Source: Candidatus Peregrinibacteria bacterium GW2011_GWF2_39_17
Lineage (GTDB): Bacteria; Patescibacteriota; Gracilibacteria; UBA1369; UBA12473
Reading direction: 5' to 3'
DNA length: 64,000 nt
Assembly (NCBI GenBank): GCA_000993615.1
Contig: LBWM01000003.1
Location: 16,125 to 80,124 of the forward strand
Shown: positions 1-9,528 of the stretch, in pieces
How the letters are laid out: each line of letters opens with the position of its first letter
How positions within the stretch are numbered: the stretch's first letter is position 1
The notes under the pieces: generated by a model
Told to the model about the DNA's origin: nothing
What the model saw: only the letters and a program-made list of their open reading frames with translations
The model's database searches: none
Made by a program: the position numbers and the translations under genes

Positions 1-35
1 TCAGCGTTTTTAGCGCGACAACTCTTTATCATTAA

Positions 36-138
36 GAGGCAGTCAAGAACAAAAGCGGGGCTATCTCCCTGCCACGTCTTGACTGTCTCGCGAGAGATGT
101 TGAGTGTGGGTTGCCAGGTAAAGGTAGCCCCACTTTTT
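36..138 (+). promoter_or_regulatory. Structured 5' leader with alternative pairings directly upstream of the MTase-nuclease start codon
   Basis: 51-66 pairs with 122-137 (15/16 including G-U). An inner hairpin is capped by a GCGA tetraloop (90-93). 36-48 can alternatively pair with 77-89. Confidence 0.55.
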
Positions 139-1707
139 ATGCAAGCACGTACCCTCTACTTTGGAGATAACCTCAAAGTCCTACGGGAAAAATTCCCTGA
201 CGAGATCATTGACCTGATTTATTTAGACCCTCCCTTTAACTCCAATCGTAACTACAACGTCATTTTCAAAGAAGGGATTGTCGGTGATGAGGCTCAAATT
301 AAAGCTTTTGATGACTGCTGGCACTGGACTTTTGAAGCCAAGGAAACTTTTGATTACTTGATTCAAGAAACAACGGAAAACATTGCCAATCTCATGCAGG
401 CCATTGAAAAACTTCTTGGCCATAATGATGTTTTGGCTTATTTAACCATGATGACGGTAAGATTAATTGAATTGCATCGAGTTTTAAAACCAGCAGGTAG
501 TTTATATCTGCATTGTGATCAAACCGCCTCTCACTATTTAAAAATCATTCTGGATGCAATATTTGATAAAAATAATTTCCAAAATGAAATCATCTGGAAA
601 CGCGGAAGCGTAAAAGGCGCTAAGGCCACCTCAAAAAGCTATGGAAGGATAACTGATTCAATTTTCTTTTACACAAAAAGCAGAGATTATTTTTTTGAAA
701 CTCCCTATAAACCTATTGACCTCGATAGCCCTGCGAATAAATTCAGATATTATGATCAGAGTGGAAGATTATATAGTCGAGATACTCCACTCGGTGATTA
801 CAGTCATGAAATGATAAAAAAATTTGAAGCTGAGGGAAGAATTTATCACACAAAGAGCGGAAAAAAGCAGCTCATTAGATATTGGGATGAGGTTAAGGGA
901 ATAGCGATTGGTAACCTTTGGGACGACATCAATGCGATTAATCAAGTAGCAAAGGAACGCCTAGGCTACCCTACTCAAAAACCTGAAACCCTTTTAATGC
1001 GTATACTTCAAGCTTCATCCAAGGAGGATGATTGGGTTCTCGATCCTTTTTGTGGCTGCGGCACCACCGTTTCAGTAGCAGAAAAATTGGGAAGAAATTG
1101 GGTGGGTATAGACATTACTACATTGGCGATCAATTTAATCAATAACCGATTAAAAGAGCAGTATCCTAAAATTGAGATCAATATTGATGGGCTTCCTGAA
1201 ACGGTTCAGTCTGCCAAAATGCTTTTCCGAAAAGATCCCTTCGAATTTGAATATTGGGCGCTCAACCTAGTCAATGCACGTCCAGCGAACAGCAAATCTC
1301 AAGGCAATATGAAAGGAGCGGATAAAGGCATTGATGGTATTTATCGCTTTACTGATCCAAGCGATGAAGAAAATCCATATAAAAAAATCATTGTCCAGAT
1401 TAAAGGAGGCCGTCATGTCCAAAGGAATCAAATTGCTACACTAAAGGGTGACGTAGATAGGGAAAAGGCAGAAGGCGGACTATTCGTGACACTAGAACCA
1501 CCCACCAAGCCAATGATCCATGAAGCGATTGAAGCTGGAAAATTCAAAGTTAGATTCAACGATCAAGAATTCCCCAAAATACAAATAATCACTGTAGAGG
1601 ATTTATTGCATGGGGAAAAACCTGATTTACCCCATGGACTCTCTCTCAAATATCACAAAGAAGCTCAATCAGTTAAATCAAACCATCAGGAGAGTCTCTT
1701 TGAATAA
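139..1707 (+). CDS. Beta-class N4/N6 DNA methyltransferase fused to a C-terminal Mrr-like restriction endonuclease domain
   Basis: DPPF motif IV near the N-terminus, YPTQKPE, DPFCGCGTT motif I, and C-terminal DKGIDG...VQIKGG. Start taken as ATG 139 (MQARTLYFGDNL). Confidence 0.9.
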   Translation: MQARTLYFGDNLKVLREKFPDEIIDLIYLDPPFNSNRNYNVIFKEGIVGDEAQIKAFDDCWHWTFEAKETFDYLIQETTENIANLMQAIEKLLGHNDVLAYLTMMTVRLIELHRVLKPAGSLYLHCDQTASHYLKIILDAIFDKNNFQNEIIWKRGSVKGAKATSKSYGRITDSIFFYTKSRDYFFETPYKPIDLDSPANKFRYYDQSGRLYSRDTPLGDYSHEMIKKFEAEGRIYHTKSGKKQLIRYWDEVKGIAIGNLWDDINAINQVAKERLGYPTQKPETLLMRILQASSKEDDWVLDPFCGCGTTVSVAEKLGRNWVGIDITTLAINLINNRLKEQYPKIEINIDGLPETVQSAKMLFRKDPFEFEYWALNLVNARPANSKSQGNMKGADKGIDGIYRFTDPSDEENPYKKIIVQIKGGRHVQRNQIATLKGDVDREKAEGGLFVTLEPPTKPMIHEAIEAGKFKVRFNDQEFPKIQIITVEDLLHGEKPDLPHGLSLKYHKEAQSVKSNHQESLFE

Positions 1708-1751
1708 GGTTTTTTGTTGAGTGTATGCCATATAAAGCCTACAGAGTGCCA

Positions 1752-1780
1752 TTGACTTTAAGTGTTTATTATGATATAAA
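1752..1780 (+). promoter_or_regulatory. sigma70-type promoter for the TIR-like pair
   Basis: TTGACT-17 nt-TATAAA with an extended TG. Confidence 0.55.
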
Positions 1781-1890
1781 TTTGTAGTCTTGTCTAGTAT
1801 GCCGTTTTGTGTATTTTCACGGGGCGGCGTCAGACATGCCCCTTGAAAACTACATGTCAGAAACATTTTAACATTTCGGAAGGGAAAATT

Positions 1891-2451
1891 ATGGATCTCA
1901 AGGATCGACTCCGACAACGTGCTCAGGCTGCCAATGATTCCGCAACCAATTCCCTCACCTCTGAAAGGGCTGTTGCTGAACAAGCTGCGGCTATTACGTC
2001 AACCCCTAGCTCTCCTCTGCGCGTGGTTGTAATCCACGCTCCCGGAGACAAAACGATTGCCGAGGGATTGAAGAGTGGCTGTGCTGGTCTTAGGCGTCAG
2101 TACGGTGCTCGTCTCATTTTCGACTTAGTTGAGCTAAACCACCGGACGCCCTCAATCCTCGAACAGATGCGTGGGGAGAGAATCATTGTGGTCCCGGTGC
2201 TCAGCCAGGACTTCTTCGACCTGGATATCGATAACCCCATTGAAGGAATCATCATCGCTCGCCATGAGGAACACATGTGGCGAGCTGTTCCGATGAAAGG
2301 GAGGAAAGTCGATTACAGTTTCAGCAAGTTCCGCGCTCTTCAGGAAATGCCTAGGGAATCGATGTGGTGGAGCACGGCTAGCGACAAGGATACATTCTTC
2401 TACGCGACTGCCGTCATGATGAGAGCAATCGTTGAACCTGCACTTAACTGA
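1891..2451 (+). CDS. Divergent TIR-like domain protein
   Basis: VVVIHAPGD...IIVVPVLSQDFF...E...ARHEE...RAVP...LQEMP...W...DKD follows the bacterial TIR_2 pattern. Start ATG 1891 lies after GGAAGGG. Confidence 0.65.
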   Translation: MDLKDRLRQRAQAANDSATNSLTSERAVAEQAAAITSTPSSPLRVVVIHAPGDKTIAEGLKSGCAGLRRQYGARLIFDLVELNHRTPSILEQMRGERIIVVPVLSQDFFDLDIDNPIEGIIIARHEEHMWRAVPMKGRKVDYSFSKFRALQEMPRESMWWSTASDKDTFFYATAVMMRAIVEPALN

Positions 2452-2462
2452 AAGGACCATGT

Positions 2463-3350
2463 ATGCCAACTGTATCGATCTTCGCAAACAAGGCTGACGT
2501 CGAAGCGACGCGAAAAGGCCTTGTTCAATTGCTGTCACGTCGAGATGTACCCATCTGGGTATCGTGGAATGCATGTATGCCTGGAGAAAATGCGCGTGAA
2601 GCCTATGCAGCGGCCTTTCGAGCCAATCTGCTGGTCATCGTGATTTCTTCAGAGATGATTGCATCGACTCTCTACGATGAATTGATTCGGGAAATTCAGA
2701 ATCGCGTAGCTCGAATGGGCGCTGAAGAAGTTTTGAAGCAAGTAGTCTTCATCTATCTTCGATCCGCCTGGTTCGAGTCAAGTGATTATACCGTTTTCCC
2801 TGATAGCGAGAAAGCCATCAATTCATATTCCTCCGCGCGTCAGGAGGAGCTGTGGGTGACGATCCAGAAACAAATCTCGCAAATGTTCCAGGCTGTTCCT
2901 GACCGACCGATGGAATCCCAAGGGACGAGTCTTCGAGATCGTCTCATGGCACGGAATGCCGATGCCACCCGTGGACAAATTGGAGAGAAGGAAATCGAAG
3001 ACGAGGCAGCTCAGGAGCTCGAAGCCAGACAGATCTATGCTAACGCTGTGGCTGACCTCGAGCGTCAGGCTGCTAGCCCGCACGTTCGGATAGCCTCGGT
3101 CGAGCTTTGCACCATCAATGTCGAAAGGGAAACGACCGGCGTGGTTCAGGTCAAGAAACCCGAACATCTGAACAACTTGTGGAGGCTCGGACGGCATTCG
3201 CTCCCAGAAATGCTTCGGGGGCTCCCTCTGAAGCTCGTCGAGCTGTTCGCTTCCGATGATATCGTCCCCGAGATCACGCTCAAGTACCCCGAAAGCGAGT
3301 CCCGCGTCTGGACCGAGGCAAAGCTCATCGTGCGCGTGCAACTCCGCTGA
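2463..3350 (+). CDS. Divergent N-terminal TIR-like domain plus an unknown C-terminal domain
   Basis: VSIFANKAD...IWVSW..CMPGE...LLVIVISSEMIAS...VVFIYLR..W...FPDSEKAI...W TIR-like pattern. AAAGGA SD-like site upstream. Confidence 0.6.
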   Translation: MPTVSIFANKADVEATRKGLVQLLSRRDVPIWVSWNACMPGENAREAYAAAFRANLLVIVISSEMIASTLYDELIREIQNRVARMGAEEVLKQVVFIYLRSAWFESSDYTVFPDSEKAINSYSSARQEELWVTIQKQISQMFQAVPDRPMESQGTSLRDRLMARNADATRGQIGEKEIEDEAAQELEARQIYANAVADLERQAASPHVRIASVELCTINVERETTGVVQVKKPEHLNNLWRLGRHSLPEMLRGLPLKLVELFASDDIVPEITLKYPESESRVWTEAKLIVRVQLR

Positions 3351-3415
3351 GCGTTTACTTCGGAGCCTCTGCGCTCCGACCAACTACTCTACTGACATGT
3401 ATTCAACAAGGGTCC

Positions 3416-3452
3416 AGCTAGTGGGCGTTGAATACAATCAACGCCCCTAGCT
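3416..3452 (+). terminator. Hairpin downstream of the TIR-like pair
   Basis: AGCTAG-T-GGGCGTTGA / TCAACGCCC-CTAGCT stem with no strong U-tract. Confidence 0.4.
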
Positions 3453-3768
3453 ACACCCGACTGCTATTCACATTTTATGAATCCTCTTTTTAAAAAAGGA
3501 TATTTTGCTTAAAGGCCTAACATTTTTGGCACCTTAAAATCTATTGATATTGCCCTCAGGCTGGTCTGAACATCTTCCGAAGTGGAGCTCCAGATTATAA
3601 TAATACGGCCTAAATCGACCTTTTTAGCTTATATAAGCCATTTTTAATTGATTCGAGTAAGCCCAATATGAATTTTGTCTGAAAAACGTCATTTTAAATA
3701 AGAGATAGGGAACTTTTCCTATTATCGAGAAAGTGATTTTTTTGATGGCCATTTTTATGGCTGTTTAC

Positions 3769-3797
3769 TTGAGATTTAACCTTTTATAGGGTATAAT
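3769..3797 (+). promoter_or_regulatory. sigma70-type promoter
   Basis: TTGAGA-17 nt-TATAAT upstream of 3831. Confidence 0.55.
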
Positions 3798-3830
3798 ACA
3801 ATGATCTGACCAGTATTAAAATTTTATTTT

Positions 3831-6104
3831 ATGGGCATTGAATCACCGAAGGCAGAATCAAGAGATGTACCTAAAAAAGATTTTTTTAATCAACCCCAAG
3901 TTAAAAAACTTGAAGAAATCAGAGATGAAACAAATCATGTTAAACAAACTCTCCAAGAGGAGATTTTAACACCGGAAGTAACTAATAAACAGCAAACTGA
4001 CCGAGAAATGGTTCGAAGTAAAATTAATGAAAAACTAAATTCTCTTAAAATCAGCCTCGAAGGACTTGAAACCATCGATGATTTGCGCAAACTTAGCATT
4101 GATCAGCTCTTTTCTCTAGAAAATCAGTATGAAGGGATTTTGTTCTACGCGTTCACTGATTTTAAAAAAGGGAGCGATAAAGTTAATTTTAACCAATGGA
4201 AAACATGGTATCGCAATCCGACCGAAGGAGAACAATTCACCATCCACTTTTATGGTAATTTAGAAGCTGAGAATAAACTGGGTGCCGCGGATATTTTACC
4301 GCCGGAAGTACGCAAAATTACAGTTTTTCAAAATGGTGATCCTTCCAGAGCGAGAACAAGTATCCGTCGAATCGGCCTAAAGGGACGCAAAAACAAAGAT
4401 GGCACCGGTTTCTTTGATAAACATGGTTATATCCCAATTTATAGTGATGATCTGGTTATTGTCGGAGATATTAAAAAAGAGGAATTTGCCAAATACCGCC
4501 AAAACCCAACCCCCGAAAACTTGGCACACGACAAACCGGGACAATTAAATTACGAACTTTATGAACAAGATCAAGGATCATTGGATCAAAAATTTATTCT
4601 AAAACTGCCGACTTCGGCACCGCGAAGTAAAGCTGATTACCAAGGAATGGGTTCATTGGATCGAAAAAAGCTGGGATTAGAAAAAAATCTTAATGGTCAA
4701 TCTCTTAATCAAGCCCTGCGCGAACAACCAGATCTTTATTTTTATGCTCATCGCTACCGTCTCGAATACGCTCGCAAATCAGGGATTGATATTCCGGAAA
4801 ATATTATGTTTGCCATTATGAAGCGAGAATCAGGCTTTGGGGTTGATCGCATGAATGCTCAAGGCAGCCAAGCCGCTGGCCTTTTTCAATTCTTACCAGG
4901 AACCTGGAACCAATTTTTAAAAGAAAATTCCTGGGCTATTGATAAATTAGACGCTGATCCGGTATGGCGTTATAAAGGCAAGCAGGAATGGCGCTTCAAT
5001 CCGGAAATTATGATTGCAGCTGGTTATTGGTATGCAACTTCAAATTTAAAAAATATTTACAGGCATCGCGATGAATTTCAAGGGTGCAAAAAATTCCTTG
5101 AAAGCACTTTGGGTAAACCTGAAACTGGTGAAAATTTTACCCTCCAGGAAACCGATTCCTGGATATTATATCTTGCGCACCATGATGGACTAGGCGGAGC
5201 AAAGCGACTACTCAGATATCAAGCCCTACGCGATAATGGGGTTGAGGAAGAAGTTGCGGCGCGTAAGGCCAATCTTTGTAATTTTCAAAAATGGCAAATT
5301 GAAAGCTATAAGCCGCTGCGCTTCAAAAGACCGCACATTCTAGTAGCAGATGCACATTGGGATTTCCTTGTTAATAACCCTAATCAAGGCAGTCAAATTG
5401 TGCAAACAGCTCTGGCTTATAAAAAAATATTAAATGTGCATGACCTTCCGACACAAGGCACTGGTTGGGGCTGGGCAAAAAATCTGGAGTCAATCGACTT
5501 GCGCGATTTAGAAGCAAGTCAAATTCGACTTATTGGCGATTCGTTGTTGGTTGATGCGGGCAAAAATTTGCGCATAAAGGGACAACCCATTCCAGAAGCC
5601 AGGGATAATGATTATGTCAAAAAAGGAAAATCCATTGTGGATATGAACAAGGATCTTGGCCAACAGCTTGAAAAAGGAAAGTTTGAGAATGTTGAATCTG
5701 TAGCCATTATTGCTGGTGCCAATGATTTAGCGGGTAAAAGTGCGGATTTTATTATTGCCCAAATGCAAATCTTGCTAAATTCTTTGAATACAAAAAATCC
5801 TAAAATTCGCGTTACTTTGGTTACTCTGCCACCAGTAAGCGGTTATACTGACAATAAGCATTTTGAACCTAAGAGCTGCCAGGAAAAAGTTACGGTTATT
5901 AACCAGTGGATTCGGAATAAAGCTAAGGGATCTAAACAAATCGGTTGCGTGGACATTTACGCCATGGCCGAGGACCCTTCACGACCCGGTTATATGAAAA
6001 AGGAATTTAATGGCGGCGATGGATTACATTTGTCCTCTTTTGGCAATAAAAAAATGCGTGAAGCCTTAGAAGAGGAGTTGCTAAAAGTAGAAACTAGGAT
6101 ATAA
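3831..6104 (+). CDS. Lytic transglycosylase (SLT) domain plus C-terminal SGNH/GDSL hydrolase fusion
   Basis: SLT: AIMKRESGF...AAGLFQFLPGTW. SGNH blocks: IGDSL, GANDL, DGLHLS. Confidence 0.85.
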   Translation: MGIESPKAESRDVPKKDFFNQPQVKKLEEIRDETNHVKQTLQEEILTPEVTNKQQTDREMVRSKINEKLNSLKISLEGLETIDDLRKLSIDQLFSLENQYEGILFYAFTDFKKGSDKVNFNQWKTWYRNPTEGEQFTIHFYGNLEAENKLGAADILPPEVRKITVFQNGDPSRARTSIRRIGLKGRKNKDGTGFFDKHGYIPIYSDDLVIVGDIKKEEFAKYRQNPTPENLAHDKPGQLNYELYEQDQGSLDQKFILKLPTSAPRSKADYQGMGSLDRKKLGLEKNLNGQSLNQALREQPDLYFYAHRYRLEYARKSGIDIPENIMFAIMKRESGFGVDRMNAQGSQAAGLFQFLPGTWNQFLKENSWAIDKLDADPVWRYKGKQEWRFNPEIMIAAGYWYATSNLKNIYRHRDEFQGCKKFLESTLGKPETGENFTLQETDSWILYLAHHDGLGGAKRLLRYQALRDNGVEEEVAARKANLCNFQKWQIESYKPLRFKRPHILVADAHWDFLVNNPNQGSQIVQTALAYKKILNVHDLPTQGTGWGWAKNLESIDLRDLEASQIRLIGDSLLVDAGKNLRIKGQPIPEARDNDYVKKGKSIVDMNKDLGQQLEKGKFENVESVAIIAGANDLAGKSADFIIAQMQILLNSLNTKNPKIRVTLVTLPPVSGYTDNKHFEPKSCQEKVTVINQWIRNKAKGSKQIGCVDIYAMAEDPSRPGYMKKEFNGGDGLHLSSFGNKKMREALEEELLKVETRI

Positions 6105-6106
6105 AA

Positions 6107-6883
6107 ATGGAAACACAAAATGATCACTTGGCGAGAATCAATAGCTGGATATTAGATACGATAGTTAATGGGCAAAAAGCTTACTACGACAGAACAACAG
6201 TACTAAATCCTGCCCATACCCAGATTATAATAGGGGAAAATCAAGCTACTATTTCAGTACCTAATATTTCTGCACTTGAAAAACAATTTGCGGGGCAAAC
6301 CATGGATAACGCGGTAGGAGGGACTTGCCGAGAATTAGCACAATGGGCAAAAAATGAGTTAATTAAAAAAAATTTAGTAGATTCGGCCGAAGTCTATGCT
6401 TGTGCAACTAACAAAGAAGCCCATTATGTCGTAGTAGCTAAAATTGATCAACAGAACTATTTAGTAGATATTGGCTATAGTCAGCCAGTTTTGGAAGCTA
6501 TCCCCGTAGATGGATTAATGCACAAAAATAATTTATATAATGGGAAGAAAGGTTCGAAACAAGCTTTTTCAGGGGAAATTAATTATATGACAAAGCAACA
6601 AGCTGATGGAAGTATTTTATTTACAGTTAATTCACCAAGTCGCTCAACTGAATTTCCTTTATATCCTTTGAATGACGAATTGGATAAAAAAATTCCTGGC
6701 ATTTGGGCTGTTCAAACCGGAAGTGGCTATGCCACAAAAGTAAGACCAAATAACGATGGTACATATCGAGTAGATATCGAGCCAATGGGGGAAGAAGCTA
6801 CGTTAGGCCAAAAATTTCAAGAAGTACATGACTTAGCAAAAAAATATGGGGCGCAAGCTATTAAGGTCATTTTTAGGGAATAG
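6107..6883 (+). CDS. Arylamine N-acetyltransferase/transglutaminase-like Cys-His-Asp protein
   Basis: GGTCREL...HYVVVAKID...YLVDIGY matches the NAT-family triad motifs. Confidence 0.7.
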   Translation: METQNDHLARINSWILDTIVNGQKAYYDRTTVLNPAHTQIIIGENQATISVPNISALEKQFAGQTMDNAVGGTCRELAQWAKNELIKKNLVDSAEVYACATNKEAHYVVVAKIDQQNYLVDIGYSQPVLEAIPVDGLMHKNNLYNGKKGSKQAFSGEINYMTKQQADGSILFTVNSPSRSTEFPLYPLNDELDKKIPGIWAVQTGSGYATKVRPNNDGTYRVDIEPMGEEATLGQKFQEVHDLAKKYGAQAIKVIFRE

Positions 6884-6942
6884 TGAAAAAATACGTAGCC
6901 TACGGAGTACTATCCGAAATTATAAAAGTAAAGGTGTATAAT

Positions 6943-7584
6943 TTAGTAAATCTGTTCTGGATATGAATATCCTAAAAAACTGTGCCCGGGATATCCACTA
7001 ACAAATTCTTCGAATTGCCTAATCCATGGTCCTGGTTCCATAGAATTATCGATTATGATAATCATTCCATTTATTTTTACTGCCAACACAACATGCCCAC
7101 TAACACCATTTTGACTAAAATCAATATTTATAATTATCATAGCCAATTTTCCGTTTTCGAGTGTATTAAGATACCTTTTGAGTGCTTCCGCATTATCCAT
7201 GGCAATCAAATTCTGATACTCTCTTGGTTGTAAATTCTTTTTTTTGCCTCTAGTCCATTCCGTAATTAATGATGGTTCTGCACCCCAACTTAGATGTATT
7301 CCCCTATAATCCGGGCTATCTTTTTTCCAGGCCGCATCATGCCTTATCATGGGGGCATTTTTGGGGAAATTATCCTTGGAGATGGTCCCCCCAGCAATCA
7401 GACTTTCAGCCCAAGCATGGGAAATCCAAAAGCAATCATTTTCATTTGGCACTTTTTCTAAAATTTTACCTAAAGCTGACGCAATTTCAGGGAAAGTTAC
7501 TTCTCTATTTCTGAGTAAGTTGTAATCGGTCGCCAAATAGGCATCTTCGTCGCCTGGCTTTGAATGATAGACACTTAGGTTCAT
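6943..7584 (-). CDS. Putative papain-fold (Cys-His-Asp) protein
   Basis: NDCFWIS...GHVVLAVKING..IIIDNS resembles papain-fold toxin/peptidase motifs. Confidence 0.5.
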   Translation of the reverse strand: MNLSVYHSKPGDEDAYLATDYNLLRNREVTFPEIASALGKILEKVPNENDCFWISHAWAESLIAGGTISKDNFPKNAPMIRHDAAWKKDSPDYRGIHLSWGAEPSLITEWTRGKKKNLQPREYQNLIAMDNAEALKRYLNTLENGKLAMIIINIDFSQNGVSGHVVLAVKINGMIIIIDNSMEPGPWIRQFEEFVSGYPGHSFLGYSYPEQIY

Positions 7585-7629
7585 TTTAAATTAAATAGTT
7601 TTTTTAATTTTCAGTATAGCGCATTGATA

Positions 7630-9378
7630 TTAGGTATTGTCCATCACAGCCCCAGTATTGGCGCTTTGAACATGTTGAGTGTAACGCCCAAGCCAGCCAC
7701 GTTTAACTTTAGGTTCAAAAATAGGCAAGGCCTCTAAACGCCGAGTTATTTCTTCATCAGCTAATTGGACATTAATAGTTCTTTTTTCGGCATCAATCTC
7801 AATAAGATCCCCTTCCTCAATTACTGCGATTGGGCCTCCGGCCGCAGCTTCTGGCGAAATATGCCCAATACAGAGCCCTCTGGTCCCACCGGAAAATCGG
7901 CCATCAGTAATCAAAGCCGCCTTAATCCCCCGCCCCTTAATCGCGGAAGTCGGAGAAAGCATTTCTTGCATTCCTGGCCCGCCCTTTGGGCCTTCATACT
8001 TGAGAACCACCACATCATTGTCCACTATTTTTCCCTTTAAAATGGCGTCCATGGCCTCTTCTTGAGAATGATAAACTTTGGCCGTCCCTCTAAATTGCAT
8101 CATTTCTGGTTCCACGCCAGCTATCTTAACCACGCCACCCTGTGGAGCGATATTGCCGTAAAGAACAGCTAGCCCACCTGTTTTAGAAAAAGCTTTTTCC
8201 CCAGTTCTAATCACGTCTTGATCAGCTTTGGGAGCAGATAGCACGTTTTCCCGAAGTGTTCCCACACAAGTGGGTAAATCGAGATTAAGCGGCGCTCGCC
8301 CCTCCTCATAAATAGCTTTCAAAATAGCAGAAATTCCACCAACTCGATGCACATCTTCCAGGTGAACATCCGGGCGAGAGGGCGAAACTTTACAAATATT
8401 AGAGGTTAAATCTGATAAACGATTAAGTTCTTCCAATGGGTAGACAATTCCGGCTTCATGCGCCAGGGCTAAAGTATGAAGAACCGTATTGGTAGATCCT
8501 CCCATGGCCAAATCCAAAATAAAAGCATTATCAATCGACTCCTTGGTCACAATATCACGAGGTAAAATTTTATTCTTCAATAAATACCCGATTGTTTCTC
8601 CGGCCTTTTCAATAAATTCAGCTCTTTCTGGATTAATTTCCCAAGTTTGCTTGCTTTTATCCACCCAAATCGCGGCTGGAATCGTTCCGTTTCCAGGCAT
8701 GGCCAAACCAATGGCTTCTGCCAAACAATTCATAGAATTAGCGGTAAACATGCCGGCACAACTTCCACAAGTTTTACATGCACTTTCCGCCAATTCCTGT
8801 AACTGCATTTCGCTCATTTGCCCCGCGGATTGTTTTCCCACGCCTTCAAATACCGTGATTAAATCAGATTTATTTTTGCCGGCCAACATAGGCCCCCCAC
8901 TAACATACAACGAAGGAATATTTAATCTGACCATGGCATTGAGCATGCCGGGCACAATTTTGTCACAATTACCAATTCCAATCCAGGCATCACAAGGATG
9001 AGCCCCGACAATAGTTTCAATCTGATCAGCGATTAATTCACGCGAAGGCAAGGAATATTTCATTCCAAAATGCCCCATGGCAATTCCATCATCCACCGCG
9101 CCTCCAATATTGGCATACCAAACATTGTAACCTTTATTTTTGAGTACTTTGACCAGAAGTTCGCCCAATTTATCCAAATGTACATGCCCAGGAATTTGCG
9201 TTGTATAGGAATTAATAATGGTAATAAAAGGTTTTTCTCGATCAGAAATTTTCTCAAGCACTCCAGCTGCAATCATTAGAGAAGCAGCCGGTAACATGTG
9301 ATTCCCTTCGGCCACAATGCGACTACCGCGCTTTTGAATGGCCTCGAATCCGGGATTAAGGGGTTCAGAAATAGACAT
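7630..9378 (-). CDS. ilvD: Dihydroxy-acid dehydratase
   Basis: [46 protein letters not shown]. Start taken as ATG 9378. Confidence 0.95.
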   Translation of the reverse strand: MSISEPLNPGFEAIQKRGSRIVAEGNHMLPAASLMIAAGVLEKISDREKPFITIINSYTTQIPGHVHLDKLGELLVKVLKNKGYNVWYANIGGAVDDGIAMGHFGMKYSLPSRELIADQIETIVGAHPCDAWIGIGNCDKIVPGMLNAMVRLNIPSLYVSGGPMLAGKNKSDLITVFEGVGKQSAGQMSEMQLQELAESACKTCGSCAGMFTANSMNCLAEAIGLAMPGNGTIPAAIWVDKSKQTWEINPERAEFIEKAGETIGYLLKNKILPRDIVTKESIDNAFILDLAMGGSTNTVLHTLALAHEAGIVYPLEELNRLSDLTSNICKVSPSRPDVHLEDVHRVGGISAILKAIYEEGRAPLNLDLPTCVGTLRENVLSAPKADQDVIRTGEKAFSKTGGLAVLYGNIAPQGGVVKIAGVEPEMMQFRGTAKVYHSQEEAMDAILKGKIVDNDVVVLKYEGPKGGPGMQEMLSPTSAIKGRGIKAALITDGRFSGGTRGLCIGHISPEAAAGGPIAVIEEGDLIEIDAEKRTINVQLADEEITRRLEALPIFEPKVKRGWLGRYTQHVQSANTGAVMDNT

Positions 9379-9528
9379 ACTAAAAGGATAGTAAGGAATA
9401 ATATAGAAGGAGTATAGCAAAACCTCTTCTCTGGAGTAAAGACCAACGACTTCAAGTGTTTGGCAGCCAAGGAGACAAGAATTCATCCGATCTTGTGTAA
9501 TTCGTAGGGCGAATCATGAGGGAAAAGG

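Noticed and set aside
79..138. N-terminal extension of the MTase ORF
   Set aside because: It translates the hairpin leader; family similarity begins at Met 139
9379..9486. Upstream extension of ilvD
   Set aside because: Not IlvD-like and contains a likely promoter (minus-strand TGcTATACT)
9503..9519. REP-like half site GTAGGGCGAATCATG
   Set aside because: Single half copy, and no RAYT transposase in the window
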